Shown here piece by piece: positions 56,308 to 64,000 of a stretch of DNA of 64,000 nt. The DNA is from an uncultured Chloroflexia bacterium (GTDB lineage: Bacteria; Chloroflexota; Limnocylindria; Limnocylindrales; CSP1-4). The stretch is from positions 593,079-657,078 of the forward strand of contig CAVYGJ010000002.1 of assembly GCA_963768035.1 (NCBI GenBank). Reading direction: 5' to 3'. The notes under the pieces were generated by a model. The model made no database searches and had not been told where the DNA came from. It saw only the letters and a program-made list of their open reading frames with translations. The translations under genes were made by a program, and so were the position numbers. Within the stretch, counting starts at the first letter, position 1; the number at the start of each line of letters is the position of its first letter.

Positions 56308-57525
56308 TCAGCGGACGACCTGGAGCAGCGCCACCTCGTCCGACACGCCCTTGAGCCGTGCCCGCCCCGCGTCCATGACCGCGATCCCGTCCGCCGCGAG
56401 CGCCTGGCGGAGGTCGGCCGTGACCAGCAGCTGCGCCGATGGCGCGTGCCCGGCGATGCGGGCCGCGAGGTTGACCGTGTGGCCGTACACGTCGGCGTCG
56501 CGCACGACGACCGGTCCCGAGGCGACGCCGGCATGGGCCGGTGGCAGGCCGGCGGCATCGATCGCATCCATCAGCCCGAGGACGCCACGCACGGCCTCGA
56601 CCGGCGACCCGAATCGGAGCATGACGCCGTCGCCCAGGAGCTTGACGACGCGACCCTGGTGGGTTCGCGCGGCCGACATCGCCAGGTCCTGGAGCCGGGC
56701 CGCGAGAACGGCCGCCTCCTGGTCGCCGGCGGCCTCGGTGAACTGCGTGTAGCCCGCGAGGTCGACGAAGGCGATCGCCGGCTCCACCGCGTCGCGGACG
56801 GCGACTCGTCCCGCCTCCGCGGCGCGCGCCTCGATGTAGGCGACGATCCGGCGGAAGACCTCGTCCTCCGAGTGGCGGTTGAGCAGCCACGGGAGGAGGT
56901 CGGCCATCACGGCGATCATCGCGATCGATGGACGGTTGGCGTCCTCCACCGACCGTCCACGCTGCATCTGCTGCGGCGGCGAGCCGCCGTACTCGTCGAA
57001 CAGGTCGAGGGTCGCCTCCTGGATCCGCCTGACACCTTCGCCCGCGATCCGCGCGGCCCGGATCACCGCTTCGGGTCCTTCGTCGACCAACGCCCACGTG
57101 TCGATGAAGCCCCGGATGATCGACTCCTCGTCATGTGCCACGACGGAGTCATCGCCCGGCGGAGCCAGGCCGAACGCCGAATACACCGACGCGAGGAGGT
57201 CGGCCCGTTCGCCAACCGATGCCCTGAGCGAGCCGAACGTCTGGCTCACCGGCCCGGGCGTCGGCCACGTTCGTGACAGCTGGTCCATCGGCAGCAGGCC
57301 GGTGCTCATCGCCCACAGGAGGTCGTCTCCGCCGATCCCGCCCTGGTTGAGCGCCCACGCCAGGCGCACGCGCCGGACGTCGTCCGCGTGGTAGTTGCCG
57401 TCCGCGTCGTGCTCGATCGCGCCGGCCGCTGCCAGCTCGTCGACGTACGCAGGCGCGACGCGCGCCTCGATCGCGACCTCGTCGCGGGTCAGGTGACGCG
57501 GGGCGGGCGGCGGCGGCTCGGACAT
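56308..57525 (-). CDS. Class III adenylate/guanylate cyclase with an N-terminal MerR-like HTH and a helical linker
   Basis: 405 aa. The C-terminal cyclase core is AIAFVDLAGYTQFTE...VKLLGDGVMLRFG...GPVVVRDADVYGHTVNLAARI. The N-terminus is LTRDEVAIEARVAPAYVDELAAAGAI. Confidence 0.8.
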   Translation of the reverse strand: MSEPPPPAPRHLTRDEVAIEARVAPAYVDELAAAGAIEHDADGNYHADDVRRVRLAWALNQGGIGGDDLLWAMSTGLLPMDQLSRTWPTPGPVSQTFGSLRASVGERADLLASVYSAFGLAPPGDDSVVAHDEESIIRGFIDTWALVDEGPEAVIRAARIAGEGVRRIQEATLDLFDEYGGSPPQQMQRGRSVEDANRPSIAMIAVMADLLPWLLNRHSEDEVFRRIVAYIEARAAEAGRVAVRDAVEPAIAFVDLAGYTQFTEAAGDQEAAVLAARLQDLAMSAARTHQGRVVKLLGDGVMLRFGSPVEAVRGVLGLMDAIDAAGLPPAHAGVASGPVVVRDADVYGHTVNLAARIAGHAPSAQLLVTADLRQALAADGIAVMDAGRARLKGVSDEVALLQVVR

Positions 57526-57556
57526 GGCGGCTAGCGTAGCGGCACCGCCGCCGGGT

Positions 57557-58054
57557 TCAACCCTCCGCGGCGAGACGCTCGAGGATCCGCTCCGCGCGGT
57601 CGGCGGGCATGCCCGGGCCGGGAAGTGCGCGGATCCCGTCGAGGTCGTGGAGCTCGCCGCACGCCGTGCAGCTGGCGCCGACGACGACCGGCGACCCGCA
57701 CGTGGCGTGGCGGTAGAGGATCGGCGGGCCGTCGGGTGCGGCCCACTTGTCGCCCCACTGGGTGAGTGCGATGAGCGCGGGCGCGAAGTCGGATCCCTTC
57801 TCGGTCAGGACGTACTCGTGGAGCTCAGGCTGCCCGTCGAGCGGCCGCCGCTCCATGATCCCGGCCGCCACGAAGCCGTCGAGCCGGTCCTGGAGCACGT
57901 TCGTCGCGATGCCGAGGCTGCGCTGGAACTCGCCGTACCGGGTGTTCCCCGCGAACAGCGCGTTGCGGAGGATGAGCAGGCTCCAGCGCTCGCCCACGAG
58001 CTCGAGGGACCGGGCGATGGAGCAGACCTGGGTGTCGTACGTCTTGCCGAGCAT
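57557..58054 (-). CDS. HxlR-family winged-helix regulator with a Cys-containing C-terminal extension
   Basis: CSIARSLELVGERWSLLILRNALFAGNTRYGEFQRSLGIATNVLQDRL is the HxlR signature. Confidence 0.85.
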   Translation of the reverse strand: MLGKTYDTQVCSIARSLELVGERWSLLILRNALFAGNTRYGEFQRSLGIATNVLQDRLDGFVAAGIMERRPLDGQPELHEYVLTEKGSDFAPALIALTQWGDKWAAPDGPPILYRHATCGSPVVVGASCTACGELHDLDGIRALPGPGMPADRAERILERLAAEG

Positions 58055-58076
58055 GGGGCGATTCTAGACGAGGCAC

Positions 58077-58124
58077 TTGCGTCATGCAATCTGGTTCGCT
58101 ATGGTGCCCCTTGCATCGTGCAAG
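58077..58124 (+). promoter_or_regulatory. Divergent promoter/operator region between the hxlR-like and SRPBCC genes
   Basis: Two related 13-mers, TTGCGTCATGCAA (58077-89) and TTGCATCGTGCAA (58111-23), giving TTGC-N5-GCAA half-site symmetry. TTGCGT, a 17-nt spacer and TATGGT (58100-05) fit a promoter for the + strand gene. Confidence 0.45.
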
Positions 58125-58144
58125 CAGGCACCCAGGAGACCATC

Positions 58145-58651
58145 GTGAGCGACCAGAGCTACACCACCACCTTCACCGTCGATCGCACGCCCCACGACGC
58201 CTATACCGCGATCAACGACCCCCGCGGCTGGTGGGAGGAGACGATCGCCGGGCGGACCCACGAGGAGGGCGACGAGTTCACCCACTGGGTCCCGGGCATC
58301 CACTACGCGCGGATCCGCGTCACCGAGCTCCTGCCCGGCAAGCGCGTCGTGTGGCAGGTCCTCGACAACTGGATGAGCTTCATCGACGACCAGTCCGAGT
58401 GGAAGGGGACCGAGATCCGGTTCGAGCTGAGCGCCCGCGACGGCGGGACGGAGGTCCGGTTCACGCACGTCGGCCTCACGCCGGCGTACGAGTGCTTCGA
58501 CGTCTGCCGCGACGCCTGGGGGACCTACGTCAACGACAGCCTCCGCAGCCTCATCGAGACCGGCGTCGGCCAGCCCACGCTCAAGCCGGAAGAGGGCGAC
58601 GACCCCCGCTTCGCGGACCTTCGCCGGCAGCTGGCGACCGCGAGGAGCTGA
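58145..58651 (+). CDS. SRPBCC-superfamily (AHSA1-like) protein
   Basis: The GTG start is preceded by AGGAGA. FTVDRTPHDAYTAINDPRGWW...VWQVLDNWMSFIDDQSEWKGTEIRFEL. Confidence 0.8.
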   Translation: MSDQSYTTTFTVDRTPHDAYTAINDPRGWWEETIAGRTHEEGDEFTHWVPGIHYARIRVTELLPGKRVVWQVLDNWMSFIDDQSEWKGTEIRFELSARDGGTEVRFTHVGLTPAYECFDVCRDAWGTYVNDSLRSLIETGVGQPTLKPEEGDDPRFADLRRQLATARS

Positions 58652-58755
58652 CAACTCCGCGAAATCCACTTTCCGGGAGCCCGGCGTATCCGGGTGCAGA
58701 CCGACGTCCGCCTGCCGGCGCGCGGTCACCCATTGGTAGTGGAGCTAGCTTCAAC

Positions 58756-59004
58756 ATGCCTACGTACATGGACATGCACAACATCCCGGGGGTGAAGGCG
58801 GCCGACGTCGCCGGTGCCCACGCAGCCGACCTCCGGGTCCAGGGCGCCTATGGCGTCGACTATCGCGAGTACTGGGTCGACGAGGAGGAGGGCAAGGTGT
58901 TCTGCCTCGTCGACGCCCCCGACCGCGACACCGCCACCCGCGTCCACCGCGAGGCCCACGGCCTCGAGGCCCACGTCCTCCACGAGGTCCAGCAGGGCAG
59001 CTGA
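58756..59004 (+). CDS. DUF4242 (SCO4226-like, ferredoxin-fold) small protein
   Basis: 82 aa: MPTYMDMHNIPGVKAADVAGAHAADL...GKVFCLVDAPDRDTATRVHREAHGL, matching the DUF4242 pattern. Confidence 0.75.
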   Translation: MPTYMDMHNIPGVKAADVAGAHAADLRVQGAYGVDYREYWVDEEEGKVFCLVDAPDRDTATRVHREAHGLEAHVLHEVQQGS

Positions 59005-59056
59005 CGCCCGGTGAACCAGCCCTCCCGATGGCGCTCGTCCGTCGGGAGGGCTATTC

Positions 59057-59722
59057 CTAGCCGGTCCAGGCGCGCCTCGAGGCCGTCGAGGACGAGGTCG
59101 AGCCCGAAGGCGAACTCGACGTCGTCGTCGCACGGGCCGAGCGTGCCGCCGTGGCTCGCCGCCTCGCGAGCGACGCGACGTTGGGATACCGGGCGAGCAT
59201 CGCCTGGAGCTGTGCCGGGTCCGCCTCGGGCGCGGCGCCGCCGCCGCTGTCGCCGAGCATGTCCTGCTCGAACCCGTAGATCCGGCTGCCGAGGACGTGG
59301 AGCGCGTGGTGGGCGAGCTCCAGCGAGAAGCCGGCGTCCGCGAGGATCCCCAGGATCGAGTCGATGTGGGCGAGCGTCGCCGGCCCGGTGAGCCGCGGTC
59401 CTCGAGCACGCGTCGCGCCCACGGGTGCCGGAGCATGACCGCACGCGCGGCCATGAGCTGCGCCCGGAGCGTCGCCTTCCAGCCGTCGCCCGCATCGGGA
59501 CGCCCGATCTGGCCCACGAGGACCTGGACCACGCCATCGAGCAGGTCGTCCTTGTCCCGGACGTGACGGTAGAGCGCCATCGCCTCGACGACCCAGCTCC
59601 TGGCCCAGCTTGCGCATGCTGAGCGCCTCGAGCCCGCCGCGATCGGCGACGTCGACCGCGGCCAGGAGCACGCGTTCGCGCGTCAGCGGCGCTCGGCGGT
59701 CTTCGATGATCTCCTGCTCCAT
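59057..59722 (-). pseudogene. TetR-family regulator with >=3 frameshifts
   Basis: The HTH LTRERVLLAAVDVADRGGLEALSMRKLGQELG is in frame 1. EAMALYRHVRDKDDLLDGVV...LRHPWARRVLEDRG is in frame 0. LTGPATLAHIDSILGILADAGFSLELAHHALHVL... is back in frame 1. EAASHGGTLGPCDDDVEFAFGLDLVLDGLEARL is in frame 2. The switches lie near 59590, 59395 and 59170, and the 3' end is uncertain. Confidence 0.75.
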
Positions 59723-59723
59723 C

Positions 59724-59776
59724 TTGACGAGTTTACGGTGTAGGGCTATGTTTACATCGTAGTTTACAATGTAAAC
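59724..59776 (+). promoter_or_regulatory. Promoter and TetR-type operator between the tetR-like and DDN genes
   Basis: TTGACG (59724-29), a 17-nt spacer, TATGTT (59747-52). GTTTAC motifs occur at 59731 and 59751. A perfect 15-bp palindrome GTTTACA-A-TGTAAAC lies at 59762-76. GAAGGAGG and ATG 59797 follow. Confidence 0.55.
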
Positions 59777-59796
59777 ACGAAGGAGGCGCGAGACCG

Positions 59797-60267
59797 ATGC
59801 CCGCCACGACGAAGCCGCCGATCCAGGTGCCCCGTCCGATTGTCCGGACCATCTGGCTCGCGCATCGCGCCGCGTACACGCTCACCGGGGGCCGGTTCGG
59901 GCTGCGCGCCCCGACGACCAGCAGGTGGGGCATGCTCCGCCTCCGGACCGTCGGCCGCCGGAGCGGCAAGGAGCGGATCGCGATCCTTGGGTACATCGAG
60001 GACGGGCCGAACCTCGTCACTCCCGCTATGAATGGCTGGGCCGACCCCGATCCCGCTTGGTGGCTCAACCTCCAGGCGAACCCGGAGGCCACGGTCGAGC
60101 TGCCCGACGGCGCCCGCCGGGTCGTCGCACGCGCCGCGGTGGGGGAGGAGCGGGCACGCGTGTGGGCGGCCCTCGTCGGCCTCGGCACGGCGGCCTACAC
60201 GGAGGCGAGCGCCGCACTCCGCTCCCGCGAGACTGCGATCGTCATCCTCGAGCCGCACGAGGCCTGA
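59797..60267 (+). CDS. Deazaflavin (F420H2)-dependent nitroreductase/quinone reductase, DDN family
   Basis: 156 aa with the GRFGLRAPTTSRWGMLRLRTVGRRSGKERIAILGYIEDG...GWADPDPAWWLNLQANPEATVEL signature. Confidence 0.85.
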   Translation: MPATTKPPIQVPRPIVRTIWLAHRAAYTLTGGRFGLRAPTTSRWGMLRLRTVGRRSGKERIAILGYIEDGPNLVTPAMNGWADPDPAWWLNLQANPEATVELPDGARRVVARAAVGEERARVWAALVGLGTAAYTEASAALRSRETAIVILEPHEA

Positions 60268-60337
60268 TGCCGCAGCCCCGACGCCTGGCCTGTGGGACGT
60301 CGCGCGACCGTCGCTGGTACCGTCGTTTCCGACAACG

Positions 60338-60664
60338 ATGGCGAGACCGACCAACCCCGGAACCGTGCAACCCGAGCCCGATGCGGAGCTGTCGGCGGCC
60401 GCCCGTGCCGTCGTCCATGACGCGGGCGACCCACGCATCGACGCCCACCTCGCGGCGCTCGGCGCTCGGTCCCGACCCCGCGCCGCCATCTCGCGGCGCG
60501 CGCATGCCGCCGCCGACGACGGCGAGCTGACGGTGCTTCGCGATCGCGTGCCCGCCTCGAGCTCGAGCAGCCCGCCCCGCATCACCCGCAGCAACGTGCT
60601 CGGCGCGCTCCTCGCCTTCGCCATCCTGGTCATCGTCGTGCTGGCGGCGCTCCTGGTCATCTAG
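60338..60664 (+). CDS. Small tail-anchored hypothetical membrane protein
   Basis: 108 codons with G/C third-position bias and a single C-terminal TM segment (VLGALLAFAILVIVVLAALLVI). No family recognised. Confidence 0.4.
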   Translation: MARPTNPGTVQPEPDAELSAAARAVVHDAGDPRIDAHLAALGARSRPRAAISRRAHAAADDGELTVLRDRVPASSSSSPPRITRSNVLGALLAFAILVIVVLAALLVI

Positions 60665-63230
60665 CCCCGGGGCAGGGGCTCCGGAGCTGCATCAGGATCG
60701 ACTTGTCGGTGATCTTCGCGTCCTCGGCCAGCAGGAACGCCTTGGACAGGATCACCGACAGCGTCGGGTCGTCGTCGAAGGCAGGAACACCTTGTCGGCA
60801 GCGCGGCCGCGTGCCGGGACGATGCACAGGTACGTGTCGCTGGGCGCCATGTAGATGTTCCCGCTGGCGAGGTGGATCCGGTAGGACCGCACGTCGCCGC
60901 GAACGGCCAGGTGCCGCTCCTCCAGCGTGAGCCGGTCCGCGATAGCGAGCCCGGGGAGCATCCGCTCGAGGACGTCGCGACGCACGCTCGCGCTCGCGTT
61001 GAGCGGGGCGCTGCTCGTACATCCCGAAGTAGGTGCCGAACGGTCCGGCCATCTGCCGATCGCGCCAGCCGTCCTCCCAGTTCGCGTCCGCGCCGACGGA
61101 TCGTCACCGAGACGAACAGGTCGACGTCGCGCATCGCCTCCGAGAACACGATCGGCGGCACCTCGCGGAGCGTGCAGCACCGCGCCGTCGCGACCGGCGA
61201 CGGACGAACCGGACCTGGTCCGTGACGCAGTGGAGGACCTCGCCTCATCATGCGGGTCGTCCGCGGTCGCTCGCGTCGTGCCAGAACTCGGCGCGCATCG
61301 CCGTCGGTCCGGAACTCGCGCTTCGCGATGCCGCTGTACCCGCCGTCGAACGGGTCCGAGGAAGTTCGAGCCCCAGCGACGGGCCGTCATGAGCGCTCGC
61401 GCCTGCGGGTAGCGCAGGACATGGGCCGCGAACCGGTTCGAGTAGCTGTCGGTCTGCTCCTCGGCGGGCGTGAGCCGGTAGACCTCGCGGAACGCCTGCT
61501 TGAACGGCTGGCGGAGCTGGAGGTCGATGAGCCGCGTCCGCCAGCCGGCGATCTCGGCGTCGACCGCGTCGATCGGGTGCCAGGTCCGGACCCGCGCTTC
61601 GCCGGACGGCTCGACCGGCATGCCCGCGACGTCGTGCAGCTCGCCGCCTGACGCGAGGACGCGGCGTGCGCTCGTCGCCATCGAGCAGCGTCCAGATGAG
61701 CCTGCGCGCGATCGTCCGCGTCAACGGATGCTCGAGATAGCGCGTGCGCCACTCGGCGAGCGGCCACTCGCGGTCCTCCGTGAACAGGTCCTCGACGCGG
61801 CCGCGCTCGATCCCGATCGCCTTGCGGAGCTCCTTCAGCGTCTCCTTGGCGCGGGCGATTTCGGCGGTGCGCTCGGCGATGGCGAGCGGCGGTCGCGCGG
61901 TGACCCGGCCGTCCGGCCGCGCCAGGTGAGGTGGCATCGTCGCCCGCGACAGCGAGGACCGCAATGTGGTCGCCGACCTCGATCTCGCGCCGCCCATCGC
62001 CGTCCAGGCCCTCGGGCGAGACGGCGAGCTCCAGCAGCGCAGACGGGCTCATCCCCGACGACGCGGCGGCCGCGTCGAGCGCCTTGACGATCTGCTTCGA
62101 GACGTTCCGGTTGGTGACCTTCGCCTTGAGGCGGCCGAGGCCGGCGATGGCGGCCGTCGTGCCGCGGGACCCGAGCGCCGCGGTCGCGGTGTTCGCCAGG
62201 CGCTCGTCGCGGGCCACGTTGCTCGACCCGCCCGAGGTGCCGAAGTGGAGCGCGATCGTCGTGAGCACCTCGTCCGGCCACGCGTCGTCGAGGGTCGCGG
62301 CCGCCCAGAGCGCGCCGCGGAGGATGAGCACGTTCGGGTCGGTCAGCGACCGGGCCGGACGCTCTCGAGCCGCCGGCCCTCGATCTCGAACACCCGGACC
62401 GGCGCCGTCGAGCGCGACGTGAGGCTGCCGGCGAGCATCTCCCGGAGGACGGCCGGCACGCCGTCGACGCGGGCGAGCTCCCTGGCCTTCGACACCCAGC
62501 TCTTCGGCGGCACGACCCCGCTCTGCACCGAGCAGTGGATGATCAACGCCGCGGCCGGCCCCGCCAGCGAGGCGGCCCGACCGCGCCACTCGACGCCCCA
62601 CGTGTCGCCGTCGCTGAACAGCGTGGGATCCACGGTGACGGGGGCGTTCGGGATCCGTCGTTGCGGGCTGGACAAGCGCGAGCAAGCGTGCGCTCGCCTT
62701 CGCCTGCTGGCTGTTCGCGCCGCCGCGGAACTCGCGGAGCGCGCTCGCGAGCTCGCGGATCGGGCCTCGAGCTCGCTCGACGCCACCCTTGCGAACCGCC
62801 TTCTCGGCGGCGACGAGCGGGGCCGAGACGAGCCCCATGACGAGCCACTCGGAGAATCCGCGGGCGTTGCGGAGCGCGTGCGTCGCCATCGTGAGCAGCA
62901 GGAGCGACGTCGCCACGCGTGAACGGCGGCCGCTGCGAGCCGAGCTCGCCAGATGAGCCGGGCCGGCGACTGGATGTCGTCGCCGCCGAACAAGCCCGCG
63001 GAGCTGCCGGATCGGCGGGACGTCCGTCGAGGCGAGCGACAGGAGCGAGATCACGATCGATCGCTGGAGGTCCGGGTCGGCGTCGACGAGCGCCCGAACC
63101 TCGGGCGGGCGCCTCGAGGAAGTACGGGTTCCGGTCGACGGCGGCGATCGCCGGGTCCACGAGCGCCTTCGCGCGTACGCGGTGCTGGTAGAGGGACAGC
63201 TCCTCGACGGTGTCCTGCAGCCGGCACGAC
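60657..63230 (-). pseudogene. DUF4132-domain large protein (MolR-like C-terminal domain), heavily decayed (about 10 or more frame changes)
   Basis: Colinear conserved blocks are scattered over all three frames. Examples: NPYFLEAP / PEVRALVDADPDLQRSIV; ...LTDPNVLILRGALWAAATLDD...KAKVTNRNVSKQIVKALD; LAIAERTAEIARAKETLKELRKAIG...RRLIWTL; WHPIDAVDAEIAGWRTRLIDLQLRQPFKQAFREVYRLTPAEEQT; VPPIVFSEAMRDVDLFVSV; RSYRIHLASGNIYMAPSDTYLCIVP; FDDDPTLSVILSKAFLLAEDAKITDKSI. Confidence 0.75.
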
Positions 63231-63625
63231 TCAGCCGCCGACCAGCGGCGTGAGCTTGATGAAGCCGATGTCGACGCTGCCCACGCAGCTCGATGGTGTC
63301 GTCCAGCTCCGTGACCTGCTTGCGGTTCACGAGGACGAAGAATCCGTTGCGCTCGAAGCTCTCGCACGCGATCCCGGCCTGGGTCTCCCAGTCGAGCCGC
63401 CGCGGCTTCTTGAGCCGGAACGAGCGTCCCACGGGGATCGGAACCCTCCGGCTGGACGAGCCCCTGGAACTCCTCGGCGGGCCGCAGGTTGTACCGCGCT
63501 ACCTCCTCCCGGACTCGCAGCCGGATCAGGTCCCGGAGCGTGATCCGGTCAGGCACGTCCGGCAGGTCGATGTGCCCAACCGGCGTTCCCGTCGCCGTCC
63601 GGTCCTCGATCGTCAGCGTCGCCAT
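63231..63625 (-). pseudogene. Small (~128 aa) hypothetical protein, possibly beta-grasp-like with a C-terminal Gly-Gly, two frameshifts
   Basis: MATLTIEDRTATGTPVGHIDLPDVPDRITLRDLIRLRVREEVARYN... is in frame 1. VPVGRSFRLKKPRRLDWETQ...NGFFVLVNRKQVTELDDTIELRG is in frame 0. SVDIGFIKLTPLVGG-stop is in frame 2, with TGA at 63231-33. AAGAGGA lies upstream of ATG 63625. Confidence 0.45.
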
Positions 63626-63731
63626 CACGTCCTCTTGCGGTTCTCGCGATCGTACAGCGCGCTGCTCCGAACGAAATGGGCAGGTGCCACTCCATGCTAG
63701 GTAGCCCGCGGGTCCAGCGGCGCGGCCTCCA

Positions 63732-64000
63732 GATGGGCCCGATGGACCGAGACCTCGTGGAGCGAGCCCGCTCCGGCCACGAGGAGGCGTTCGCGGATCT
63801 GATGCACCAGCTCCGCCCGTTGACCGCGGGCGCCGCGGCTGCGAGCATCGAGTCCTCGAGCGTGGACGCCGGGGGACCCGCGACGCCGTCCACCAGCCGC
63901 TGCGGGCACCGGAGGTCTCGATGCGTCCCCGTCTCGCCGCCCCGCTCGCGGCGCTGCTGCTCCTCGCCGCTATCCCGGGCTCCGTCGCCGCACGACCGGC
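63732..64000 (+). CDS. Partial ORF running off the window: ECF-sigma-like N-terminal residues followed by a signal-peptide-like hydrophobic stretch
   Basis: The frame is open from ATG 63732/63741 to the window end. MDRDLVERARSGHEEAFADLMHQLRP resembles sigma-70 region 2.1 of ECF sigmas. An internal ATG at 63921, preceded by GGAGG, begins MRPRLAAPLAALLLLAAIPGSVAARP. It is unresolved which reading is real. Confidence 0.35.

Noticed and set aside
1-64000. tRNA, rRNA, tmRNA, prophage or integrative-element boundaries.
   Set aside because: No T-loop/anticodon-arm-like cloverleaf candidates or rRNA-like stretches were seen in the intergenic regions. No integrase, recombinase, phage structural or conjugation genes were recognised.

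Overview
Very GC-rich window (third codon positions almost always G/C), gene content typical of Actinomycetota (F420/deazaflavin DDN-type reductase, MshB-like PIG-L deacetylase, many GTG/TTG starts). Most long ORFs in the six-frame track are Arg/Pro/Gly/Ala-rich shadow frames. I kept only frames with recognisable family motifs or coding-like composition. Positions 1-37.3 kb hold one large Wzx/Wzy-type surface-polysaccharide cluster. It contains WbpB/E/D-like genes, two convergent operons each led by a Zn-ribbon C-methyltransferase-like gene plus rfbF, and an RmlC-like epimerase. It also contains SAM methyltransferases, a Wzy/O-antigen-ligase-like polymerase, five glycosyltransferases, a Wzx flippase and a Wzc-like tyrosine autokinase. 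The rest of the cluster is PglF/E/C-like genes, two AsnB-like amidotransferases, a PIG-L deacetylase, a GMC-oxidoreductase fusion and VanZ. Positions 37.4-64 kb hold mixed genes: PIG-L/YbaK, secreted hypotheticals, Dps, MgsA, ferritin and a Rieske oxygenase. They also include ArsR-SRPBCC, a NarL-type two-component system, an alpha/beta hydrolase, an EamA transporter, a BNR protein and DinB/PNPOx. Further on are an HTH-cyclase, HxlR-SRPBCC, DUF4242, TetR-DDN and a badly decayed DUF4132 gene. I recognised no rRNA, tRNA, CRISPR array, transposase or integrase. Main observations: (1) a c-di-GMP-I (GEMM-I)-like riboswitch directly upstream of a secreted CBM/beta-helix protein at the edge of the polysaccharide cluster. 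(2) A 469-bp near-perfect inverted repeat spanning the 5' halves of the two rfbF paralogs and bracketing a 3.2-kb segment. (3) Many frame disruptions that cluster in particular genes, some as compensating pairs. These are either real pseudogenisation or local sequence error, and this cannot be resolved without reads. All family calls come from motif recognition by eye; no searches were run.
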